Origin: Octopus sinensis
Taxonomy: Eukaryota
Direction: 5' to 3'
NCBI RefSeq assembly: GCF_006345805.1
Contig: NW_021829591.1
Coordinates: 1 to 32,395 of the forward strand
DNA: 32,395 bases
Part shown: piece after piece, positions 23,360 through 32,395 of the stretch
How the letters are laid out: each line of letters opens with the position of its first letter
How positions within the stretch are numbered: position 1 is the first letter of the stretch
The notes under the pieces: generated by a model
Databases searched by the model: none
Told to the model about the DNA's origin: nothing
The model's input: the letters and a program-made list of their open reading frames with translations, nothing else
Translations under genes and position numbers: made by a program

Positions 23360-24735
23360 GGCAATACGATGTCCTCGACTTACATGATGAGGTCCTTAAA
23401 ACCTTCCCCCCAAAAAAATTAAAAAAAAATTTTCTGCATTTTGGTAAAATGAACAACTACAATGTCCTCGACTTACATGATGAAGTCCTTAAAACCTTCC
23501 CCCCAAACAAATTAAAAAAAAATTTTCTGCATTTGGTTAAAATGAACAACTACAATGTCCTCGACTTACATGATGAAGTCCTTAAAACCTTCCCCCCAAA
23601 AAAAATTAAAAAAAAATTTTCTGCATTTTGGTTAAAATGAACAACTACAATGTCCTCGACTTACATGATGAAGTCCTTAAAACCTTCCCCCCAAAAAAAT
23701 TAAAAAAAAATTTTCTGCATTTTGGTTAAAATGAACAACTACAATGTCCTCGACTTACATGATGAAGTCCTTAAAACCTTCCCCCCCAAAAAAAATTAAA
23801 AAAAAATTTTCTGGATTTTGGTTAAAATGAACAACTACAATGTCCTCACCTTACATGATGAAGTCCTTAAAACCTTCCCCCCAAAAAAATTAAAAAAAAA
23901 TTTTCTGCATTTTGGTTAAAATGAACAACTACAATGTCCTCGACTTACATGATGAAGTCCTTAAAACCTTCCCCCCAAAAAAATTAAAAAAAAATTTTCT
24001 GCATTTTGGTTAAAATGAACACACTACAATTCCTCAACTTACATGATGAAGTCCTTAAAACCTTCCCCCCAAAAAAATTAAAAAAAAATTTTCTGCATTT
24101 TGGTTAAAATGAACAACTACAATGTCCTCCAACTTACATGATGAGTCCTTAAAACCTTCCCCCCAAAAAAAATTAAAAAAAAATTTTCTGCATTTTGGTT
24201 AAAATGAACAACTAAATGTCCTCGACTTACATGATGAAGTCCTTAAAACCTTCCCCCCCAAAAAATTAAAAAAAAATTTTCTGCATTTTGGTTAAAATGA
24301 ACAACTACAATGTCCTCGACTTACATGATGAAGTCCTTAAAACCTTCCCCCCAAAAAAAATTAAAAAAAAATTTTCTGCATTTTGGTTAAAATGAACAAC
24401 TACAATGTCCTCAACTTACATGATGAAGTCCTTAAAACCTTCCCCCCCAAAAAAATTAAAAAAAAATTTTCTGCATTTTGGTTAAAATGAACAACTACAA
24501 TGTCCTCGACTTACATGATGAAGTCCTTAAAATCTTCCCCCCCAAAAAAATTAAAAAAAAATTTTCTGCATTTTGGTTAAAATGAACAACTACAATGTCC
24601 TCGACTTACATGATGAAGTCCTTAAAACCTTCCCCCAAAAAATCAAAAAATTATTTTCTGCATTTTGATTAAAATGAACAACGTGAATGTCCTCGACTTC
24701 ATGATGAGGTCCATTAAAACCTTCAAGGCAAAAAT
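23360..24735 (+). repeat. Tandem array, 93-96 bp monomer (consensus 94), about 14-15 units
   Basis: Unit atgaacaactacaatgtcctcgacttacatgatgaagtccttaaaaccttccccccaaaaaaattaaaaaaaaattttctgcattttggttaaa; starts at 23449, 23542, 23637 ... 24582, 24674; alignable with the array A monomer. Confidence 0.97.
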
Positions 24736-24829
24736 CTCACGTATTAAGAATATCCTTGATGAAAACGACAGCGAGAATATTAACAATGATGAACTCCCAA
24801 TTATTCGCGATAAAGAAATCAATTCATCC

Positions 24830-24981
24830 CGCATGATCTCCCATAAACGGGGAGACCCACGCGAGTCCAAGTGGCTTTTCGAAAGGATTTCTTGGCCATA
24901 GTACGTGGAAACTGTGTTTCCATTTACGATGCCGGGAATTTAGTTAGTTAATAACTATTTGTTCTTACTTAAAAATGATAT
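24830..24981 (+). mobile_element. Short CRE 3' fragment inside Helitron C
   Basis: Near-identical to 22826-22958; flanked by a candidate 8-bp TSD ATTCATCC (24822-24829 / 24982-24989). Confidence 0.8.
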
Positions 24982-25093
24982 ATTCATCCTATGTTTTTCT
25001 CTTTAAAATTAAATGCATATATCATTATCGACCATGAATCAAAATTAAAGCTATTATCATATTTGACTTTGACAGAATGTGCAATCACAGATT

Positions 25094-25298
25094 GCACGAC
25101 TTTGAATAGAGTGTGCAATTAACAGATTTTGAAAAACCACTTTGATAGTTGAAACCACATTAGCACAATCATTAACACAATTTACCACCAATTGACGCAC
25201 GACCTTGAATAGAGTGTGCAATTAACAGATTTTGAAAAACACTTTGATAGTTGAAACCACATTAGCACAACCATTAACACAATTTACCACCAATTGAC
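25094..25298 (+). repeat. Tandem duplication of about 102 bp inside Helitron C
   Basis: gcacgac...caattgac occurs twice (25094-25196, 25197-25298). It contains gtgcaatt.acagatttt.aaaaaccac, also seen once in copy A near 2882-2910. Confidence 0.9.
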
Positions 25299-25676
25299 AG
25301 CGCAATCAGAAGAATTTGCGTAAAAATATTAACTATTTACTTGAGTTTTTCGTAAAGATAGAATTTATTTTCGGTATGCCTCTTTTCTAAACTTTTTTAT
25401 TATTCAAAAATATTTTTTAAATAGATAACCGAAGGAGGAAAAACGAAGCTGAAGAAAAAACGGTCAGCTTAATAAGGTAATTAATTAAATCTTTTTTGTG
25501 TGTCGCTTTTTTGTGTGTCGCTTTCTTGCCTGCCGCATTTCCGCCTGCCGCATCTCCCCCTGCCCCATTTCCGCCAGTAAAAAACAAAAAATAAAAAAAG
25601 AAAAAAAAGAAATTACAAAGGAAAAATGAAAAAATTAAATATAAAAAAAATAAACCACAAAAAATGAAAAAAAAGT

Positions 25677-25864
25677 TTGCAATGACAATAAACAAGGCCC
25701 AGGGACAGTCATTAAAGGTAGTTGGGTTATTTTTAGAGAGTGAGTGCTTTTCACATGGACAGCTGTATGTGGGATGCTCGAGGGTAGGCAGAAGAGAAAA
25801 TTTATTCATATATGCCAAGGAAGGACGGACGACAAACATCGTTTATCAACAGGCGATAGAATAG
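25677..25864 (+). pseudogene. PIF1 helicase C-terminal fragment (Helitron C)
   Basis: FAMTINKAQGQSLKVVGLFLESECFSHGQLYVGCSRVGRRENLFIYAKEGRTTNIVYQQAIE*. Confidence 0.9.
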
Positions 25865-27059
25865 GGTTACATTAAACCAGGTAGTTTTATACATCTACAT
25901 AAACTTATAGTTGTTTGATGAAACAGGCCCTCCGCAGGAGCTAGGTCGCGCTGAGCGAAGCGAGCTGCCGAGCTAGTATGTTATATATTCAAATTCAAAG
26001 AGAGCATGGATGGATAGCAGAATTTTTAATCAATTTCTATTAAAATGGGAAATGGAATTGCGAAAACAAGATAGAAAAATTTTGCTTGTTGTAGATCAAT
26101 CTCCTGCACATAAGGTGAATTTCATGAAATTTACATTAGGTATTGATTGAATTAAAACAAATTGAGATGTTATTTCTACCACCTAATACAACATCATCTT
26201 TTTCAGCCCATGGATAAGGGCATAATTAAATCGTATAAATGTAAATTCAATTCTCTAAAATTTTCTAATATAATTCAAAAAATTGAAGCTGGGACAAACC
26301 CCTATGTTGCACACAAACAACTAAGCATAAAAGTTCAATATTCTTTACATATTATGCTTGGAACAAAATAGAAAGTTCCTTAATTTTAAATTGTTTCATT
26401 CATGCAAATGGACTCAAAACAATGAAAATATTAATTATGAAAATCCTTAATTGAAAATTATGATAATATTCTGGAAAAAATGGATATTATTGATCCGTTA
26501 GAAGAAAGCTTTATATTGAGATTGAATATAATGAAAGTGAAGAACTTGAATTAAATAATTCAGAAAAAATAGAACAAGAAATTAGCGAAGAACCGTGTGA
26601 ACAAAGTCAGAAAGTTGTTACCATTAACGAGGCTTTTATCGCTTTAAACAAATTAAAGAGTTCTATAATCAAGAAGAATTCTTTAATATAGAAAATCTTG
26701 AGTATATTGAAAACATTGGATTTGCAATGATCCAAACTCTAAGAAGAAACAAGTCGAAACTTACTGATTTTTTGTTTTTAATTATTATTTTGGCTTAATA
26801 ATTTAAATTATTAATGGATTAAAAAATCGATAAGTCTCTCGAATCCGCCAAATTCTCGAATCCGCCAGATTTTGCCGATCCCCAAAATTGGCGGATTCGA
26901 GAGACTTTACTGTAGTTCGTTAAATTATAATTATCATTAATAAATGTTTTTTAATAAAGTTACACTTTTTAATATCTAAAATTAATAGAAGTATCGAATT
27001 ATTATTTTGTATTTTATATTTATTTTGTCGAAATCTCAAAATTGTTCATGTCTCTAATG

Positions 27060-28051
27060 CAGGGGTGCGCAAGTGCGGCCTTGAGTCGATGAATGTGCGG
27101 CCGTGGGCACAATTAGGTCATCGAGCAACTAATCTTAAATATAATGCTCATAGTGTTAATTAATCAAGAAAAACCCTAAATAATAATTAAAAATATCCAT
27201 AAAAGGATACATGCCGCCTACTGAAGATTCACATAGAAAAAAATGAATTATTTCATTTTCAAACAAAAATCTCATTGATGACAAAATAATTAATTATGAC
27301 GATCTTACACCAAATACATTCAATACTATATTCGATTATATTTTGAAACAATTTGAAGAGCGATTTAACTAATTTAAAAAAATTGAACTCAAACTTCAAT
27401 TAACTGCAGGACCACATAGTTTTTTGATTGAGAATGCGCTATTGGAATTTCAAATTGAATTATTGAAATTAAAAAATGATTTAATTTTGATAAATAAATT
27501 TAATGAAAGCGAAGATTTGTTGAATGTATGGAAATCAGCGACAGATTATCCAAATTTACGTGAAATGGCAAGAAATATTCTCGTTTTATTCGGAAGCACA
27601 TATTTATGTGAGTCTACATTTTCCAAAATGAAATATTTAAAAAGTCAATATAGATCTCGGATAACGGATGCAAACTTAAAGTCATGTTTGCGCATAATGA
27701 TATCTACCCTACCAGTGGATTTCAATAAGCTCGCAAAAAATACCAAAGATCCTGGCCGTCATTAGAATAACTTGTATAATACATTTTTTTAATTAATTTT
27801 CCTTCTTTCTTATCTTTTGTCCATGAAATAATTATTTATTTTAATAATATGATGTCCCTGATGAACGAGAGCATTTCCTGTCCAAAACTCATTCGTCTCG
27901 ATGACATGGGCAACTTATGCGGTCACTTTTAATAATTAAAAAAAATTACTATATTAATATCGAAAAAATAATGCAGAAAATGTGCGGCCGTGGAAGAGAA
28001 GGAAAAAAACATGCTATGCGGCCGCAAACCCAAAAAGCTTGCGCACCCCTG
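27060..28051 (+). mobile_element. Non-autonomous hAT (Charlie/Spin, GTF2IRD2-like) transposon
   Basis: 14-bp TIR CAGGGGTGCGCAAG, perfect 8-bp TSD CTCTAATG (27052-27059 / 28052-28059), C-terminal dimerisation domain (LFGSTYLCESTFSKMKYLKSQYRSRITD) at 27424-27765. Confidence 0.92.
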
Positions 28052-28165
28052 CTCTAATGTAACTATGAGAGATTTTTAGGTTAATAAATTTTAATAAACA
28101 CGTCAATTGTTTTCCACAGTTAGCTTTTTATTATGATTAACAAAATTGAAATAAAGGAAAAATTT

Positions 28166-28684
28166 TCACTTAGTCCGCATCATTGAGACAAACTCTACTT
28201 TATTAAAGAGAACAGCTACCATCAATATCAACGTATCTATTTCCATCGGAATCAATTTCTTCTATCATTTGGTGTACTTTTTGGTCTGAAAATATTTCCC
28301 CCATCTTCGAAATGGTTTGCTTTACTTCTACCATTGAAATTCTTCCATCTCCATTTCTGTCTAAAAAACGAAATAATTCACGAATGTCTTGTTCAAAGTC
28401 TTGGTCCGTAAATTTTTCTGTCACAATCTGCAAAAAATCCGGCATTGTTATTAATTCAAGACCTAGAGGTGAATTAGAGAATATTCTAACCATTTTGTTT
28501 ATATTGGATAATAATTTCTGCGATTTCCGAATCAGAAAAACAAACTTTTGTCGAACTTAACATGTTTCCCAGTTCTTCCAAAGAAACAGTACCATTGCAC
28601 TCCTTGTCGTACGTTGAAAAAATCTCTTTTAGTTCTATACGTTGATAGATTGGGCCGATTACCAGGGCAGTGTTCTTTTGACAT
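28166..28684 (-). CDS. Calmodulin-like EF-hand protein (about 145 aa), 3 introns (28635-28662, 28463-28490, 28195-28219)
   Basis: Spliced product MSKEHCPELKEIFSTYDKECNGTVSLEELG...DIRELFRFLDRNGDGRISMVE...EIDSDGNRYVDIDEFVSMMRTK*; all introns GT-AG and in frame. Confidence 0.88.
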
Positions 28685-28859
28685 TTCTTTAATACAAGCG
28701 AATATGCTTTTATTAAGATATTATATTTCGTAAATTAAGAATTGTTTTAGTGTGTAATTGTAATAAAATTAATAAAAAAGTGCAAGTTTAAATAGAACAA
28801 AAGATAATTGTTTTGAAGCGGTGCATGTTTTGAAAACATTCCAGCACTATGCATGCACA

Positions 28860-28995
28860 AGAGAGGGTGAAGACCATACCGCGAAATGAGCTGGCTTTTT
28901 AACGGATATCGCTTGCGATATTACGTGGAAATTGCCTTTTCATCAGCTCCTCTTTAAAAAAAACTTTCCTCTTTTTCATATTTCTTTACAAAAAA
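28860..28995 (+). mobile_element. CRE-clade 3' end fragment
   Basis: EMSWLF.RISLAILRGNCLF motif; 3' UTR aaactttcct..ttttca.atttcttt.caaaaaa shared with the element ending at 21897. Confidence 0.75.
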
Positions 28996-29030
28996 TGGGA
29001 TCAATAAAATGGTTATTATTTGGTTATGAC

Positions 29031-30879
29031 TAGGGCAACCAAAAGTCATATAAGTCATATTATTTTTTATTGGTCATATTGATGTTATTTCTATAATTAA
29101 TAAACTATTATTATATTTTTTAATAGTTTTATTAATTTTTTAGGTCTTATAGGTCATATTTTATGCCGTTAGGTCATATTATTTTTTTAGGTCATATTTT
29201 TTTGTTAGGTCATATTTATATTTATTAAATCATATATTTTTATTAATCTTTGTTTAAATTTTGACAATAACACGTTTTCACACGTTTTGGTAGTTGGTCG
29301 CTTAAATATTATAGATTTTTACATGCCGAAACAAAAGCAATCTAACAATCAAAAGTTAAATAAAATAATTAAACGATACCCGTCTGAATTTCAGATTGAT
29401 TCAGCTGGACGTTTATTTTGTTTGAAATGCTCAGTTTTCGTTAATTTTACGAAAACGTTTAATGTGGTGCAGCACAGGGAAACTACCCGGCATAAAAAGG
29501 AACAGACAAAATTTCAAACGCAACTCAACACTCTTCTGAAACTTGAAGCAAAGAAAAATTTCGGAATTTGCTTAGTCGAAATGATGACGAAGGCGAATAT
29601 ACCTCTTTACAAAATAAGAAATGAACACTTTATTAATTTTTTAATAATCTCGGATTTACTGTTCCCAGCGAAAGTTGGTGCAGAAATATAGTTCCAGATT
29701 TGCAATATCAATTGATTGAAATGCTTAAAACGATTATTTCTGGAAAAGATATATTCATACTTGTTGATGAAACGGAAATCAATAAACAAAAATTTGTTAA
29801 CGTTCTTTGTGGGACTATTGAAAGTCCTGAAAAAATTTATTTATTAAATTGTTTGGAAATTGAAATTTGTGATGCATCTGCAATTTGTAGAATTGTGGAT
29901 GACACAATTCGAATTTATGATATAAAAGGGAAAATTTTTATTATTTATTTCTAATGCTGCCCGTTATATGACTTTAGCAGGGAGTACATTGAAGGTTATG
30001 TATATTAAAATGATTCATATAACTTGTTTTGCTCATCTTCTGCACAATTGTGCATTAAAGATTAGAGCACATTATAAATATATTGACGACTTAATCTCGT
30101 CTATCAAAATGTCGATTGTAAAAAATCCCTCCCGGAGCAGTCTTTTTACAGTTATTGGACTTCCACCTGATGTTGTTCTAACAAGATGTAGCAGCTGGTT
30201 GGACGCAGCAAAATATTATAGTCGACATCTTTCAAGAGTTCGCGAAATTGTTTTATCCTATCCAAATTGTGGAAAGATTGTAATGAATGCGAAAAATGCT
30301 GTTAGCTCTGAAAATTTGGAGAAAAATCTGGCAGAGTTAGTGGCTTCATACAACCCTATTATTGATGAAATCAGAAAATGCCAAGAAAAATTTTATACAA
30401 TTAAAGATGCAATTGAATTCATTGATTCCGTTAATTTTGGTGAGGATAATTGTGACATCAACAAGTATTTTTTAAAGCGGATAAGTATGTTACCATGGAC
30501 GAATATTAAAAATGCTAGAATTTCTAGTATTTCTCCAGAAACATTTATTTACTTATGGAAATGTCCTTCAACATCAATATCTGCAGAAAGAAGCTTTTCT
30601 ATGCTGAATAAATTGCTCGAAAAGGATAGAAACTTCAAGCCAGAAAATATTAAATATTATATGATGCAATATTATAATAAATTCATTGATTGAAATGTTT
30701 AATTTTTTCATATTTTCAAATTCAGAATATCTAAAAATCAAAATTCGATAGGTCATATTTTGATTTTTTTAGGTCATATTTTAATATTTTTAAGTTATAT
30801 TTTAGAATTTTAAAGTCATAAAGTCATATTTTTTACGGTCATATTTAACTTTTTTAAGGTCATATTTCTGGTTGCCCTA
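29031..30879 (+). mobile_element. Full-length hAT-like transposon (CGGBP1-related transposase)
   Basis: 11-bp TIR TAGGGCAACCA, perfect 8-bp TSD GTTATGAC (29023-29030 / 30880-30887), multiple subterminal (A)GGTCATAT repeats at both ends. Confidence 0.92.
29323..30693 (+). pseudogene. hAT transposase with CGGBP1-like zinc finger, two frameshifts
   Basis: LFCLKCS...QHRETTRH finger, NIPLYK, ILVDET, ISNAARYM (second catalytic D appears as N), TCFAHLLH, SISAERSFS. Confidence 0.85.
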
Positions 30880-30949
30880 GTTATGACTTGTTTTGACTAC
30901 CAGGAAATTTGTATTTTCTAACTTCACCAAAACTGTTGCCGATTGATGA

Positions 30950-31545
30950 GACACGGAAATATAAACACAAAATCGTTGTGCGTATTCCAACCTAGGTAGC
31001 TCTGCTTACGATATAGGACTCTTAGGTAATTAAAGATAAGTTGGCGATGTTTAAACATTTTTGACTCGTGACAACTTGGGCCATTTCTCGACGGGCTCAT
31101 AAAAATAATAAAATGTTGGTTTACCATTAAAGAATCACTCAATAGATGCTGACACTTACAATTTGATAATAGATTTCCAGCTTGAAACTTAATATAAAAA
31201 ACTAACACCATTAAATAAATTCTTTAATAAAGCGTACGAAAATGAATTATTATTGATGAAAAAGCTTTTAGACACGAATTTTTTGTTGAAGTCAATAATT
31301 CCTAATTTGTAATGTCGATAATTTCTAACTCAATAGTGTCGTTAAAAATTTTTCAAATCAGCTGGGAATGATTAATATTGCAAGTGGTATGCTCAGAGCC
31401 ACTTCAGTGATTGATTCTGCACTTGCTGCAATGAAATCTAAATATCGAACGCGTTTAGTAATGCAGAACGAGCTAAGAGTAGAACTCTCTTCAAAGATAC
31501 CGAGATTTAAAAAATTTTGTGTCAAGATAGGAAAAAATTATTAAA
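30950..31545 (+). mobile_element. Highly degenerate Buster/Charlie hAT transposase C-terminal remnant
   Basis: SALAAMKSKYRTRLVMQNELRVELSSKIPRFKKFC matches the Buster C-terminus; upstream sequence is only weakly alignable. Confidence 0.6.
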
Positions 31546-31559
31546 TCAAATTTTTAATT

Positions 31560-31975
31560 TAGAAAATAACTAGACAATGCAGTTATTTTGAACTGCCGGC
31601 GCATAAGATGGCCTGGCAGTTCCCTCGGACGATCGCCAACGAGACTCTTTGGAAAAGATGACGAGTCTCGTTGGGATCCTTGTTTCGTCTGGCAATCTTC
31701 GACCCCAGCCGACGAAGGAAAGAAAGCGATTCTGGGCCGATGACCCCGGATGTCTCCACGGCTACTGGCGCAAAAATGTGGTTTCTGGCCAGGTACGAGT
31801 ATTTTCTTGTTTTTGTGACCTCCGCATGTCTTGCCGCTGAGCCGGCTCAGCAACTGAAGAGATCAGGTTATGCGGGGAGAATGTGTCGGAGCATGTCGCG
31901 TCCCAGATGAGGCATTTCCCGTGATCGAAGGGAAATGTTGTCATGCCATCTGGGCGCTTTCCATCTCCGGAAAAA
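31560..31975 (-). mobile_element. CRE-clade retrotransposon 3' (RLE) fragment
   Basis: [30 protein letters not shown]...LGSKIARRNKDPNETRHLFQRVSLAIVRGNCQAIL*. Confidence 0.85.
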
Positions 31976-32395
31976 ATTTATCTCATTAACTTTTATGTGT
32001 TAAAAATTGTTTTTGCTAAAAATCATATTTGTATTATATCATAAAAGATCAGACTTTATTTGATAGTTATTGAGTTTAGTTATTTTATAGTTCATGTATA
32101 CACTGCTGGTAGAAAAAAACCGGTTTTGCAGTTACTAACTTTTTTTGGCGGATAGCTATTAATTTTCTAAATGAAATAAAGAGTTTGAAGTTGATTATAT
32201 ATATAATCTTTTTTACTTTTAAAAAATTTCAATAATCGGCCGAAATTTTAAAAATTTAAATTTTTGCATGTGAATAAAAAACCGGTTTTAACAAAAAGAG
32301 TTAACAAAATCAACAGTTAATATGTTGTGTGGTATCCTCGATTAATAAATAGCTCGTATGACCTTTTAGGCATGCTATCAATTAACTTCTGAATA

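Larger units (their letters stand above)
23301..25976 (+). mobile_element. Non-autonomous Helitron, copy C (diverged subfamily, 94-bp array)
   Basis: A|TCTTAATAATAAAATGG 5' end and GAGCTAG|T 3' end. Excision rejoins the Tigger ORF in frame with no TSD. PIF1 C-terminal fragment near the 3' end. Confidence 0.93.
22337..26780 (+). pseudogene. Tigger/CENP-B-like transposase, frameshifted and split by two insertions
   Basis: HTH region (FKGSKGWLE), HGESA, YNADETGLFYKM, KNPRCFKNFDIKK|YVIYSNSKRAWMD across the Helitron, VDQSPAH, QPMDKGII. Confidence 0.88.
22108..26912 (+). mobile_element. pogo/Tigger DNA transposon with nested CRE and Helitron insertions
   Basis: 23-bp TIRs CAGTAAAGTCCATCGAATCCGCC / CAGTAAAGTCTCTCGAATCCGCC, TA TSD on both sides (22106-22107, 26913-26914), subterminal TCGAATCCGCC repeats. 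Confidence 0.92.

Noticed and set aside
850-24735. CRISPR-like interpretation of the arrays
   Set aside because: Units are head-to-tail with no unique spacers, no cas-like genes are present, and the context is eukaryotic.
25417-25839. 140-aa minus-strand ORF with a Phe-rich membrane-like segment
   Set aside because: Arises from the antisense of the PIF1 fragment and an A-rich tract; low complexity.
29040-30870. AGGTCA nuclear-receptor half sites
   Set aside because: Confined to transposon subterminal regions, so better explained as transposase-binding repeats.

Overview
AT-rich eukaryotic DNA using the standard code, most likely from a highly derived animal. The tiny GT-AG introns, an ANAPC7 orthologue and animal-type calmodulin intron positions fit lineages such as dicyemids or myxozoans, but the taxon cannot be fixed from this window. 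Five compact host genes can be reconstructed by hand: ANAPC7, a short BRCT-less FCP1/CTDP1-like phosphatase, a small ankyrin-repeat protein, HTATSF1 and a calmodulin-like protein. Together they have about 30 introns, 27 of them only 23-38 nt. Roughly two-thirds of the window is transposon-derived. The dominant structures are three non-autonomous Helitrons (A|TC...CTAG|T, no TSD), each with a GTCT microsatellite, an internal 94-96 bp tandem array and a PIF1 helicase remnant. Two near-identical copies (648-4412 +, 13345-16750 -) form a large inverted repeat around ANAPC7, FCP1 and the ankyrin gene. The third copy, from a diverged subfamily, sits inside a pogo/Tigger element. Also present are a Ginger-like integrase element, two hAT elements with perfect 8-bp TSDs, Buster remnants, an RTE-like LINE, another RT fragment and six CRE-clade retrotransposon 3' ends. 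The most interesting observations are the Helitron-borne arrays (copy-specific expansion, a nascent dimeric higher-order repeat), a near-palindromic CTAG-bounded 3' terminus, a Helitron end that appears to supply the poly(A) signal for HTATSF1, a GT-TG intron and the truncated FCP1. Gene models and family calls come from manual reading and remembered motifs, not database searches. Homopolymer indels may be sequencing errors.
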